Shown here in pieces: positions 35,951 to 44,883 of a DNA stretch of 64,000 bases. The notes below the pieces were generated by a model. The model saw only the letters and a program-made list of their open reading frames with translations. It was not told where the DNA came from and made no database searches. Each line of letters starts with the position of its first letter. Position 1 is the first letter of the stretch. The DNA is from a virus (lineage: Duplodnaviria > Caudoviricetes). The stretch is taken from the IMG/VR virus record IMGVR_UViG_3300025018_000001. The stretch is one strand, 5' to 3'. The position numbers and the translations under genes are program-made.

Positions 35951-36871
35951 TTATTTAGAATTTAAAAATGTTACCATGTCGAGAGCGTCTGAGTATAACA
36001 TAGTATCTAGTGATTCTGGTATGCTGCTTTCTCTTGTAGCATAAAATTCTTTGGCTGCTTCTTCAAAAGAAACATTCTTTGCAGAAAGCCTAGTATTAAT
36101 TGCTACTTTTTGTACCATAGTCAAAGCGTGTTCTGCACCTTTTTCTGAGCTAGGTGTATTAGGAGTACTGGGCATAGACCCTGGCACTGCTGTCATTTTA
36201 GGTAACACACTTGGTCCACTTGGTACACTTGGTACACTTGGTACACTTGGTACACTACCACTTGTGGGTGTTAACACTTTAGCTACTTCCTCTGCAACTG
36301 ATTCTATAGCTGTATTACTCATACCACCTGGAACATTTGGAGTACTTTGCTTGCCTGTTGGTGGTGTCGGTGGTGTAGATGAAAAAGATGGTGGAGTATC
36401 CACCGATGCCGTTGCCCCCATTGGGAAAGCGGTACCTGTTGTAGAATTAGGCATTGCTGTCTTTGGCATAGACGGAGTAAATGATGTACTCGTTGAACTA
36501 TCTGATTCATCATCATCCCCTTCCTCAAGAAATAAGCCTACGCCCCAGTTTCTGGCGGCACTTTTTATAGCCTTTGAAGTTGCTGATTTAAAAACATTAC
36601 CTAAGTCAACACCTCTAAATTTTTTAGCTGAGCCAAACCCATCTTGTTTTGCTAATACTCTACCTTCATCATCATATACTCTAAGTGATGCCAGTACTAA
36701 TACTTCGTCATCAATTACCTTATGTTCTAAAATTTCTAATCCCCAATTACAATTGAAAGCTTTGTTCAACCTATCAAGTACATATTTTGTTTTAACATAC
36801 TTAAACCCCTGTCCTGGTTTTTGGTCAACTTTCAAGTCTTCGTATAATTTATCTATAACATGTTGTTCCAT
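35951..36871 (-). CDS. Rad52/Sak-like ssDNA annealing protein with Pro/Ser/Thr-rich tail
   Basis: Y.....V.DRLN.AF..NW...K.A.S.A.K.AA..WGVG..L; VPSVPSVPS repeat. Confidence 0.8.
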   Translation of the reverse strand: MEQHVIDKLYEDLKVDQKPGQGFKYVKTKYVLDRLNKAFNCNWGLEILEHKVIDDEVLVLASLRVYDDEGRVLAKQDGFGSAKKFRGVDLGNVFKSATSKAIKSAARNWGVGLFLEEGDDDESDSSTSTSFTPSMPKTAMPNSTTGTAFPMGATASVDTPPSFSSTPPTPPTGKQSTPNVPGGMSNTAIESVAEEVAKVLTPTSGSVPSVPSVPSVPSGPSVLPKMTAVPGSMPSTPNTPSSEKGAEHALTMVQKVAINTRLSAKNVSFEEAAKEFYATRESSIPESLDTMLYSDALDMVTFLNSK

Positions 36872-36906
36872 AATAACTCCTTTTGGTTAAATTTCAATTA
36901 TGGTTA

Positions 36907-36935
36907 ATTATAACTCACTAGTTTGTGTTTGTCAA
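36907..36935 (-). promoter_or_regulatory. consensus sigma70 promoter
   Basis: TTGACA-17-TATAAT. Confidence 0.8.
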
Positions 36936-36938
36936 CCA

Positions 36939-37268
36939 TTAATCAGTCTTTCTACTTGGATGTTTCTTTTTTCTACAATAAATAGTTTTATCTTTAACTA
37001 CTTTTGTTTGTGTATTATACTCTAAAAATTCTTTACGTGCAAGCTTTTTTATTAACTTTGTTCTTCTTTTTACTAAGTCATCCTTTTTGTTTGACACGGC
37101 ATACTACCCCCAAAATGTTCCAGGTATAAGCTCACAGTCAAAGTAATCCTTCAAGATATAAATATCTCTTTCAGAAAGGCCAGCATCTTTAATTTCATTC
37201 ACTAATAAGCTTATACGCTTTTTTATTATTTTTAATTTTTCAATTTCTTTTTTATCTTGTTTATCCAC
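36939..37268 (-). CDS. two in-frame 54-codon ORFs separated by one TAG (37104-37106)
   Basis: manual translation VDKQDKK..GTFWG*YAVSNKK..RKTD*; missing from ORF track. Confidence 0.45.
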
Positions 37269-37304
37269 ATATACTCCTATAATTGAAATTAAAAAACTAC
37301 ACTA

Positions 37305-37505
37305 CTAAAAGCTAGTGGTGTAGTTTTCCTCTGTAGAGTTCTGTATAAACTCGTCTGGGTCAATGAGCTTGTAGCTTATAACCTTATTACCATCTTCATC
37401 AAAAGCATCCACAAAAAGAAAAGCGGACTCGAATGCATCTTCCGACGAAAAATATATTGCTTCAGGTCCATCTTCGGACGATGCAACAAAGTAAACGGCC
37501 TCCAT
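37305..37505 (-). CDS. acidic hypothetical protein
   Basis: AGGAG SD. Confidence 0.55.
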   Translation of the reverse strand: MEAVYFVASSEDGPEAIYFSSEDAFESAFLFVDAFDEDGNKVISYKLIDPDEFIQNSTEENYTTSF

Positions 37506-37570
37506 AAATATCTCCTGTATAAATTTTTAAACTGAATACTACCTCTATTGTATACAAGAAACATTATTAG

Positions 37571-38290
37571 TTATTTTGCTGTAGCCATTACATTGTCTAC
37601 TACTTGTTCATACCCAGGCCAATTATCTACACCACTGCCTTCTAAAGCTATAAGAAAATTATTGTTTTTAATTAACATAGCATATTCTTCTTTTGATATA
37701 GTTACTGATTTTGATGCTAACCATTGCCTTAATCCAGCTAACATATAGGAAAAATCATCAAAAAATAAAACCCCGTACACATTTTCGTTATATGGATACC
37801 TTATAGACATTACAGGTAAACCTATACTAACAGCATATTGCTGACTTGAAGGGCTATCATCTATAAATAAATCAGCATCTTGCAACAAAGGGTGTTTATC
37901 ATCAACTGTATGAAGTTCATCAAAGAATATATTATGTTTATTAAGCCAAGCTTTAGTTGCTGCCTTAGATTTATATGTTCTATGAGAAGCTATTTTAACA
38001 TAGAAGCCAGAATTATGCAACATATTTGTCAGCTTACCCGCGCCTTCAAAACAACCAAACTCCTCTTGACGCATATGTACCGCGTCAATAGTCTGTTGAA
38101 AAATATGATCATCCATAAAACCCTCACCAAAATTCCAGCTATTCGTACTTCCTGGGAAGGGTATATCCGGGTTTATCTTTATAAGTTCTTCATACCAAGC
38201 AGGTGCCATAGACCATAGAATACCATCAATATCTACAACCGCTATTCTTTTATACATAGTGTCTCTTTGGAAAAAATCTTTTTTAACCAT
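37571..38290 (-). CDS. HAD-family 5'(3')-deoxyribonucleotidase-like protein
   Basis: VDIDG.L, ASHR, ..WL..H, FIDDSP. Confidence 0.75.
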   Translation of the reverse strand: MVKKDFFQRDTMYKRIAVVDIDGILWSMAPAWYEELIKINPDIPFPGSTNSWNFGEGFMDDHIFQQTIDAVHMRQEEFGCFEGAGKLTNMLHNSGFYVKIASHRTYKSKAATKAWLNKHNIFFDELHTVDDKHPLLQDADLFIDDSPSSQQYAVSIGLPVMSIRYPYNENVYGVLFFDDFSYMLAGLRQWLASKSVTISKEEYAMLIKNNNFLIALEGSGVDNWPGYEQVVDNVMATAK

Positions 38291-38326
38291 GTTAGTAATC
38301 CTTTATTTTTCTTTTTAGTTTATATA

Positions 38327-38413
38327 CGGATAGAGAGGGATTTGAACCCTCGGTGGCTTTTATACCACACTTGTTTAGCAGACAAGCACCATAGGCCTCT
38401 CGGTCATCTATCC
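38327..38413 (-). tRNA. trnS: tRNA-Ser(GCT)
   Basis: CTTGT-CTGCTAA-ACAAG, long variable arm. Confidence 0.9.
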
Positions 38414-38418
38414 TTAAA

Positions 38419-38604
38419 TTAGGAATTAGTAGATAGTAGTTCTGGTATAATAGTACTAGTTACTAAGCTTTTGTTTTTAACGCCAGAGTACATCTCTCTC
38501 AATAATGACATCTTAGCGTGACGTCGCTCATCAAACGTTACTTCTGATACTGGTTTCTTAAACATTCTGGCTGCCAATGATTTATAAAAGTCATATTCTT
38601 CCAT
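38419..38604 (-). CDS. hypothetical protein
   Basis: short ORF with GAGG SD. Confidence 0.5.
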   Translation of the reverse strand: MEEYDFYKSLAARMFKKPVSEVTFDERRHAKMSLLREMYSGVKNKSLVTSTIIPELLSTNS

Positions 38605-38615
38605 TAATTATTACC

Positions 38616-38918
38616 TCAGTATTTAATTTTATGTGCCTTTTTGTGGCACTTACTACATATGGTTACTAAATTTTTAGCTGGCTCGTTCCATGGGTATTTC
38701 CTGGTGTACTTTAAGTGATGAAGGTGTAGCATTGTTTCTGTGTCGCCACACTCTTTACATTTCCAACCATCTCTTTCAAATATCTTAAGTCTTTTCTTTT
38801 GCCATTTTGGGTGTTGCAAAGCTAAAGCATACTGCTCTTTAGTGAGTTTGACATAGGGTTTTCCTATAACTTTGGCTTGGGCTTTCTTTTTTATTTGTTT
38901 GGTCTTTGGTTTTTTCAT
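38616..38918 (-). CDS. HNH endonuclease
   Basis: W...R..IFERDG..C..CG...LHLHH..Y...L.T.C..CH. Confidence 0.85.
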   Translation of the reverse strand: MKKPKTKQIKKKAQAKVIGKPYVKLTKEQYALALQHPKWQKKRLKIFERDGWKCKECGDTETMLHLHHLKYTRKYPWNEPAKNLVTICSKCHKKAHKIKY

Positions 38919-38922
38919 ATAC

Positions 38923-39225
38923 TTAGTACACTCTTAAACTATTATTATAGATTTCAAATACGCCAGAGTTACCTGTTCTCAAATGTACAATTGTAAACTC
39001 ATCGCCCTCGTAAACCCATTCTTGGCCAAAGGCCGTAAAAGTTGTACAACTATTACCATCAATAACATCATTATACTCTGGTGCTACGTGTATTTTGTAG
39101 TCATCTAATTTCCAATGATAAAATTCATTAATATAAATAGAGTGAGTATTATTATACATAGTGTCACAATTAAAATATCTCATTAATTCTTCTCTAGCCG
39201 TGAAGTAGTCATAAAATAATTTCAT
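38923..39225 (-). CDS. hypothetical protein
   Basis: ORF track. Confidence 0.55.
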   Translation of the reverse strand: MKLFYDYFTAREELMRYFNCDTMYNNTHSIYINEFYHWKLDDYKIHVAPEYNDVIDGNSCTTFTAFGQEWVYEGDEFTIVHLRTGNSGVFEIYNNSLRVY

Positions 39226-39235
39226 ACAGACCTCC

Positions 39236-39631
39236 TTATAAAAGTTTTAAATCCCCTGTTATTTTATCAATATCTTCACTAACCCAAGGACCTATACCGA
39301 CACAAGTGTATGTGGGTACACCACCAAATTCTGTTCGACCAGCGTCTCTTATTAAAGCACAAGGAATACAAGCTTCTTTAGACCTAATGTATATATCCAT
39401 GAGAGCCTCTTCACTATCCACACTTACAACAATTTTGGTAAAGGAGCTATCCAACCAATGTTTTATAGGATCTGGTGCAAAAATAGGGTCTACATCATCA
39501 TCTCTTATTGCTTGATTTATGTCAAGCTCAGCAAGTATTACAGCTAAACTTGCATGGGCGCCTTGCGCAATCATCTTACCTTTACGCATATTTAAATCTT
39601 TACGCATAACAATAACTTGTTTTGTTTCCAT
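39236..39631 (-). CDS. pth2: peptidyl-tRNA hydrolase, Pth2 type
   Basis: KQVIVMRKDL.M.KGK.IAQ.AHA..KIVV..DAGRTE..T..GIGP..ID.ITG.LKLL. Confidence 0.92.
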   Translation of the reverse strand: METKQVIVMRKDLNMRKGKMIAQGAHASLAVILAELDINQAIRDDDVDPIFAPDPIKHWLDSSFTKIVVSVDSEEALMDIYIRSKEACIPCALIRDAGRTEFGGVPTYTCVGIGPWVSEDIDKITGDLKLL

Positions 39632-39852
39632 TAAAAAATCTCCATACGTATTGTAGCATCAGAAACAAATGCTTCTGAGTATTTGTGACCCATTGTTCTT
39701 GTATAAACCATATCTATATCTATAGAATGTTCTGCACAACGTATGCCTGACTTCTCTTTAAAGTCTTCTAAGATTCTAGATACTTCTTTTGCTATCTCAC
39801 TTTCTGCTTCTTTTTTCATTTTAGAAAGTTCTTTTACTGTTATGTCGTACAT
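39631..39852 (-). CDS. hypothetical protein
   Basis: ATG 39852 after AGGAG; track start overlaps tRNA. Confidence 0.55.
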   Translation of the reverse strand: MYDITVKELSKMKKEAESEIAKEVSRILEDFKEKSGIRCAEHSIDIDMVYTRTMGHKYSEAFVSDATIRMEIF

Positions 39853-39864
39853 ATTAACTCCTTT

Positions 39865-39936
39865 TGCCTCCAGAGGGAATCGAACCCCCGTCACACTATT
39901 TTAGAGGTAGTTGTTCCACCATTGAACTATGAAGGC
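39865..39936 (-). tRNA. amber suppressor tRNA (anticodon CTA)
   Basis: GCCTTCA/TGGAGGC acceptor, GTTC/GAAC D stem, loop CT-CTA-AA, GGGGG-TTCGATT-CCCTC T arm; 31:39 mismatch. Confidence 0.8.
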
Positions 39937-39986
39937 TTCTAATTTAAATAGAGCCGTACATAAATAGTTAGGTACGGCTCTAAGTT

Positions 39987-40289
39987 TTATAATAAAGACA
40001 TGTTAGCAAAATAATCGTTACTGCCTAGGCTTGCTATAGCAGTAAGTTGATTGTTAAAATCAGGCTCTTTAAAACTTGTATAATGGATCTTACCATGTTT
40101 AAGAAGCGCTGTCAAGGATTTTAATTCATCCTCATCATTTACTTTTAAGTACACTAAAGTACCATTAGACCAATGAGTATTATTTTTTAACAAATACTCG
40201 GCTAAGGCGTGGCCAGCTTGGACCGCTTGCTGGGATTTAGATAAATCTTTTCTTGTAACTACATATAACTTATCCTGCATTTGCAACAA
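39987..40289 (-). CDS. Pth2-like peptidyl-tRNA hydrolase (short variant)
   Basis: LYVVTRKDL...Q.AVQAGHA..E...EPD...QLTAIA. Confidence 0.75.
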   Translation of the reverse strand: MLQMQDKLYVVTRKDLSKSQQAVQAGHALAEYLLKNNTHWSNGTLVYLKVNDEDELKSLTALLKHGKIHYTSFKEPDFNNQLTAIASLGSNDYFANMSLL

Positions 40290-40590
40290 GCTCCTGCTTT
40301 TTAAGATTTTCCCAATGAAGGATGATAGGTTTCATAATCCTATCTACGTAGTACGTGTCAGGCTTGTTATCGTCTGCACACTTACGTTCTATTTCCTCCA
40401 TAGATCTACCTCTTATCAAACAGTAAGCTATGTGGTGGTGCCTATAATCATATCGTAGATCATCTAATCCAGCTACTACACCGTAAAGAGAACCCTTACG
40501 TTTAGATTTTTTATTTCTAATCTCTACCGCTGCTTCTTTTAATGCTACTTTTAGTTCTTTTAATGTTTCTATTTTAGTATTAATTTTCAT
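40270..40590 (-). CDS. hypothetical protein coupled to Pth-like gene
   Basis: YRHHHIAYCLIRGRS.EEIE. Confidence 0.65.
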   Translation of the reverse strand: MKINTKIETLKELKVALKEAAVEIRNKKSKRKGSLYGVVAGLDDLRYDYRHHHIAYCLIRGRSMEEIERKCADDNKPDTYYVDRIMKPIILHWENLKKQELVANAG

Positions 40591-40657
40591 AATTTTTTCT
40601 CCGTATTTATTTATTAGTATAGTAATAATAGTAGTAACAATTATAGTACCAATAAAT

Positions 40658-40699
40658 TTACGGTGACCTAACTACCTAGACGAATCCTGATTTTGTCAT
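40658..40699 (-). promoter_or_regulatory. candidate leader peptide MTKSGFV(amber)VVRSP(ochre)
   Basis: AAGGAGG SD 6 nt before ATG; TAG at codon 8; readthrough ends Pro-TAA. Confidence 0.5.
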
Positions 40700-40712
40700 A
40701 GTCCCTCCTTTG

Positions 40713-40961
40713 TTAATTGTATTTAGTTTGTACTATCTCCGCATCAGTGAAAACATGGGTATCTTTATCAGCACATACCCACAGGGGAAAACTTTCCCCA
40801 CTATTATCATGTAAGTGAAGACCACATAACTCACCATTTTTTATTTGCACCCATTTATACATGTAATGCTTCTTCCTGCGTACAGCACCTATAAAGTGGA
40901 ATACTTTGAGAACATCAAATTCACGTATCTCATTCCCTTTCTTATCTAGAACCTTCTTCAT
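40713..40961 (-). CDS. hypothetical protein
   Basis: ORF track. Confidence 0.6.
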   Translation of the reverse strand: MKKVLDKKGNEIREFDVLKVFHFIGAVRRKKHYMYKWVQIKNGELCGLHLHDNSGESFPLWVCADKDTHVFTDAEIVQTKYN

Positions 40962-40970
40962 GCTTAGACC

Positions 40971-41153
40971 TTACTTCTCTTCTTTAGGGCCACTAGTATC
41001 AGTAGTGTATCTACTTACTCTATCGTGACAAACTATACAGTGTACAAGCCCTTCAAAATTGTCAATTATATTGGAGTCTCTATATACACCGCCGCAACCA
41101 TTTTCACAGGGTCTATCTAGTCTATCCTTTACGTTGTTAAAAGGTTTAATCAA
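40971..41153 (-). CDS. Cys-rich hypothetical protein
   Basis: CENGCG..C..C. Confidence 0.5.
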   Translation of the reverse strand: MIKPFNNVKDRLDRPCENGCGGVYRDSNIIDNFEGLVHCIVCHDRVSRYTTDTSGPKEEK

Positions 41154-41179
41154 AGTAAATCTCCTAGTTGTTAAATAAA

Positions 41180-41803
41180 TTAAATAGTATCCCTATTAAG
41201 GACTACTGCCAATACACCTTTAGAATCATAAATATGAGTACTATTCAAAACAGTTTCTAAATTATAATCATATTTAGCAAATAAGTCAAGCCACCATTGC
41301 TTAGAATGTATCTGAATGTGTGTTTTGTCATTCTTGCTTACTTCTAAAACAAAATCCTCCCCTTCAATAGCTGCTACAGGTATACGTACAATAATAGTAT
41401 TAGCTACTGTAATACTACCTAATAAACTATGCAGAGCATCTTCTGGTATATGTTCTAATACATCTAAGAATAAAACAACATCAAACATTCCTGACAATAG
41501 GCCAGGGTCATAGTGGTGCAGTAAGTTAGCTAAATTATAATGCTTTTTACCAAACTCTACAGCCCAGTGACTTATATCTGTGCCTTCACAATATACATAT
41601 CTCTCAGTTAATTCATATATTAAACCGCCAGTAGCGGCACCGTAGTCTAAAACGCATTTATGTTTTAAATAAGGTAATAAATCATCAGCTAAACCAGAGA
41701 ACTTCTTCTCACGGTAGTCATCATAATTACTGATGGTACTTTTTACATAATAGTTTTTATCAAAAGGCATAGTATAATCCTTAAATAAATTTAAAATGCT
41801 CAC
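41180..41803 (-). CDS. class I SAM-dependent methyltransferase
   Basis: VLDYGAATG, G.DIS..A, FD....DVLEHI. Confidence 0.85.
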   Translation of the reverse strand: MSILNLFKDYTMPFDKNYYVKSTISNYDDYREKKFSGLADDLLPYLKHKCVLDYGAATGGLIYELTERYVYCEGTDISHWAVEFGKKHYNLANLLHHYDPGLLSGMFDVVLFLDVLEHIPEDALHSLLGSITVANTIIVRIPVAAIEGEDFVLEVSKNDKTHIQIHSKQWWLDLFAKYDYNLETVLNSTHIYDSKGVLAVVLNRDTI

Positions 41804-42707
41804 AAGGTAAAATCACTTGCTCTATCAAATCATTGTGCTCATTAAAAAAACATTTTCCTTCTTGGCATAAATTAGTAGCAAAAGCTTTTGGTGGGCTTAG
41901 CCAATGTCTAGTTATGTCTTCTATAGCGCACATTCTAAAATTTGGGTTAAACTTTCTATCTATCAATGGATTAGCTGAACAATGATACACAAAGCCGTCA
42001 GTATTTACGAACGGTTTCAAAAGGCCCATCCAACAACGGTTAGGTACTGTATATTTCTTCTGTTGAAAAAAGAAACCTGGGTATTTATTTAAAAAAGGTT
42101 TTATAGCCTCAGTTGCAGCATCAATGTCATCTATCGACAGACAGTTTGGCACCACCCTAACATAACTTGCGTTGTACTTATTATAATAGTCAGCAATTTT
42201 AATTAGCTTTTCCTCAGAAGAAAGTTCAGTCCAGACGTATGAAAATCCTAATGTTACATTACTTGGTATATCTATAGTAATATCTTCTACGTAGTCTAAA
42301 CAATTTAAACTAATTCTAAGCCACTCTAACTTGGTTAAGTTCTCTTGTGAAATATTAATTAACTTAACCCCGTTTGTTATCATACCTATATTATACCCTA
42401 AGCTAAATGAAAAGTCAATAGCTTCATTTATATATGAGTACATTGTTGGATCTCCGCCGCCGGTAAACTCTACTGTCTGTGCACCTAGGCCTTTAAAATC
42501 TTTTAATATTTGCTTACACTGTTCTAATGTGAGTGTATTACCCTCACGTGCTTTTACTGAGCACATAGTACAATTTAAGTTACAGGTATCAGTAGGGGCG
42601 AGTTGTATAGATATTGGCTTAAAGATACCATTTTGCATCTCCTGAAGCCTATCAAGATTGTGTAGTAGTTTTGTTTGGGTACTAGTATATAATTTCTCTT
42701 TACTCAT
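41781..42707 (-). CDS. radical SAM protein with SPASM/Twitch-like C-terminal Cys cluster
   Basis: CNLNCTMC, FTGGGDP, TNG, C....K.FV..DG.VY.C. Confidence 0.85.
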   Translation of the reverse strand: MSKEKLYTSTQTKLLHNLDRLQEMQNGIFKPISIQLAPTDTCNLNCTMCSVKAREGNTLTLEQCKQILKDFKGLGAQTVEFTGGGDPTMYSYINEAIDFSFSLGYNIGMITNGVKLINISQENLTKLEWLRISLNCLDYVEDITIDIPSNVTLGFSYVWTELSSEEKLIKIADYYNKYNASYVRVVPNCLSIDDIDAATEAIKPFLNKYPGFFFQQKKYTVPNRCWMGLLKPFVNTDGFVYHCSANPLIDRKFNPNFRMCAIEDITRHWLSPPKAFATNLCQEGKCFFNEHNDLIEQVILPCEHFKFI

Positions 42708-43431
42708 AAGTATAGTCCTCTATTATTAGGTCTGTATTCCATTTTAGATTAGCAAAAGCCTTGTCATGCCATTCATGACTACAACAAGTTCCCATATCTC
42801 TACCTCTATGGTTTGTTCTAGAGTAAGAAGGGAAGATTTCATACAGATTATTTTTTTTACAACAAGCAGCTATTGCCCAATCCCAACCATAAGAATTAAA
42901 ATACTTTAGTGCAAGCTCATCATTAAACCAATGGTGTTTAAATACACCCTCAATGTTATCTTTAAAAGCACACCAACCTAAGCCTGTGAATGTACCACAT
43001 CTAGTTAATAACTTACTAGGCTCACTAGGGTTACTATCATAATTAAATAAACCATAACTATTGAAGGTTAAGGGTTTATCTCTAAAAGTTCTTTCATAGT
43101 AATCAGCAAGTTTTAATGCGTCAGGTGAGATGAATATATCATCATCCATATGACAATTAAATGTACTACCTGCATTAAAAGCCATAGCAATAGCTGCAAA
43201 CTGATTTAATCTATGATTTTTTCTAGTAGTATTAATAGTAACAGTCATTGAAGCAAAGCCATAATTATTTTCTAGTACTTTTTTTATCTCGTTAGTTTTT
43301 TCAGATGGGTCAACACTTATAAAGAAATGCCAATCTTTTGGATTACATTTAGCAATGTCTAGTAAGGTTTCTTTTAAGTAGTCAGGTCTATTGTATGCAG
43401 TCATACTTATTGTTTTCATAGTAGACTCCAA
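42700..43431 (-). CDS. GT-A fold glycosyltransferase
   Basis: TAYNRPDYLKE.L, DDD motif, GWD. Confidence 0.7.
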   Translation of the reverse strand: MESTMKTISMTAYNRPDYLKETLLDIAKCNPKDWHFFISVDPSEKTNEIKKVLENNYGFASMTVTINTTRKNHRLNQFAAIAMAFNAGSTFNCHMDDDIFISPDALKLADYYERTFRDKPLTFNSYGLFNYDSNPSEPSKLLTRCGTFTGLGWCAFKDNIEGVFKHHWFNDELALKYFNSYGWDWAIAACCKKNNLYEIFPSYSRTNHRGRDMGTCCSHEWHDKAFANLKWNTDLIIEDYTYE

Positions 43432-43830
43432 TTATAAATATTTTCTATATTCTGGGGTTGTTATACACAAGTGCTTAAACATATACCTTGCTATGGTTGT
43501 AGATATATCTTCTACTACAAGCTGTGTAACCTCCTCACGGGACTCGAAACGACAGTTAGTATTTATCTTACCAAATATTTCTTCCCCATTAAGACTACAC
43601 TTGTATAGAATAATTTCACCTACGGATGCCCAATTTTGTGAAACTGTTACGGCAATGTCTATGACAGTGTTAGATATTTTAAATGAATCAATTGTAGATT
43701 TCTGTGCTTTTTGTACAAACTCATGATATAAACGAATACTGTCGTCTGTTGGGGCTTTATGCTCAGTTATTGTTCTAGCATAAGGTACTGCAGTTTCTCT
43801 AACTGTTCCTGTATGATAAGTGTCAAACAT
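43432..43830 (-). CDS. hypothetical protein
   Basis: ORF with GGAG SD. Confidence 0.6.
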   Translation of the reverse strand: MFDTYHTGTVRETAVPYARTITEHKAPTDDSIRLYHEFVQKAQKSTIDSFKISNTVIDIAVTVSQNWASVGEIILYKCSLNGEEIFGKINTNCRFESREEVTQLVVEDISTTIARYMFKHLCITTPEYRKYL

Positions 43831-43862
43831 ATAATTCTCCTTTAATTCTTTAGATAATGCTT

Positions 43863-44303
43863 TTATTCACACCAGTCTTTTACTTTTGTCCCTCCATTAT
43901 ACTTAACTGCCAGGCCTTTGTCAAGTAAAATTTCAGCTAAGTTGCCTTCTGATGTAATAACATCTGCAACGATTCTAAAATACTTGCCTCGGCGTGTATT
44001 AAGTAAAGATAGGTATTTGGTATCTCTTAAAGTAACATATACAAGTTCTTTGGCTTCTATAGCTAAATGACGCTCTTTGTCACACTTACCATGTATCTCA
44101 GGTGTATCTATACCATAAACCCTTATGCTTATCTCTTTACCCAAAATGTCCGGTACATCGTCTATATTAACAGTAATAGTGTCACCATCATAATTTCTAA
44201 CCACATGTACAGCATGAAAATCTCCATACGTTTTATCTGTAGCTTGAGCGTTGGTATAGCTTAGTAGTAATATTGTTGTTAGTAAAACTAATAATCTATT
44301 CAT
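43863..44303 (-). CDS. secreted thermonuclease (SNase-like)
   Basis: signal peptide; DGDTI, IR.YGIDTPE, GKY.R..A.V. Confidence 0.88.
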   Translation of the reverse strand: MNRLLVLLTTILLLSYTNAQATDKTYGDFHAVHVVRNYDGDTITVNIDDVPDILGKEISIRVYGIDTPEIHGKCDKERHLAIEAKELVYVTLRDTKYLSLLNTRRGKYFRIVADVITSEGNLAEILLDKGLAVKYNGGTKVKDWCE

Positions 44304-44310
44304 ATAAAGC

Positions 44311-44883
44311 CTATTGTAAACGTATAAAATTAGGAGTAGAAAACTTTAGATCCACTTCTCCTATGTCTAGGTGACAGTGCGTATGATGGTTATAAACAGT
44401 ACCAGTGTTTTCTGATAATCTAATACCTGTTAAGTCAAGCTTATATTTCCTAGCTACTGTTCTAAGTTCACTAATTAATACATCATTAACCCTAAAAACT
44501 GTACCTGGAATTATTTGAGATACTCTTAAACAATATATTAAAAATCTTTCAGCATCAAACACACCTCTTTTCAATTTTGTACCTGGGATATCCCACATGT
44601 CTGTGGATTGTCTTCCAGCGGTGCTGTTAGTTTCAAAAGTATAATATCCTTTATCCACTGATATAAACTGTTTATGACTAGCACCAGGATGCCTATCATC
44701 TACGTTTTTATACGTAGAAAAGTCATAGTAACAAGCAACCCTATCTTTTCTGTCTGGGAAATCAAAATATATACTAGCATCAACCAACCATAGGGCTATA
44801 AATCTATTAGCCTCAATGTATCTGTAATCTATATGTCCTATACAACTTTGATACGCCGAATCTCTACAACCTATTACTTTCAT
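44311..44883 (-). CDS. possible MepA/M15 (LAS-type) murein endopeptidase
   Basis: HPGASH....SVD and HHTHCHL resemble LAS metal-binding motifs. Confidence 0.45.
   Translation of the reverse strand: MKVIGCRDSAYQSCIGHIDYRYIEANRFIALWLVDASIYFDFPDRKDRVACYYDFSTYKNVDDRHPGASHKQFISVDKGYYTFETNSTAGRQSTDMWDIPGTKLKRGVFDAERFLIYCLRVSQIIPGTVFRVNDVLISELRTVARKYKLDLTGIRLSENTGTVYNHHTHCHLDIGEVDLKFSTPNFIRLQ

Noticed and set aside
36219-36256. 9-nt tandem repeat (ACTTGGTAC)n
   Set aside because: Simply encodes the VPS repeat of the Rad52-like linker.
36051-36890. 279-aa antisense ORF and other antisense or shadow ORFs
   Set aside because: Mirror of well-supported opposite-strand genes with low-complexity codons; no SD or motifs.
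39865-39936. Pyrrolysine tRNA
   Set aside because: Canonical D-loop GG and TTC T-loop, normal arm lengths; no pyl genes in the window.
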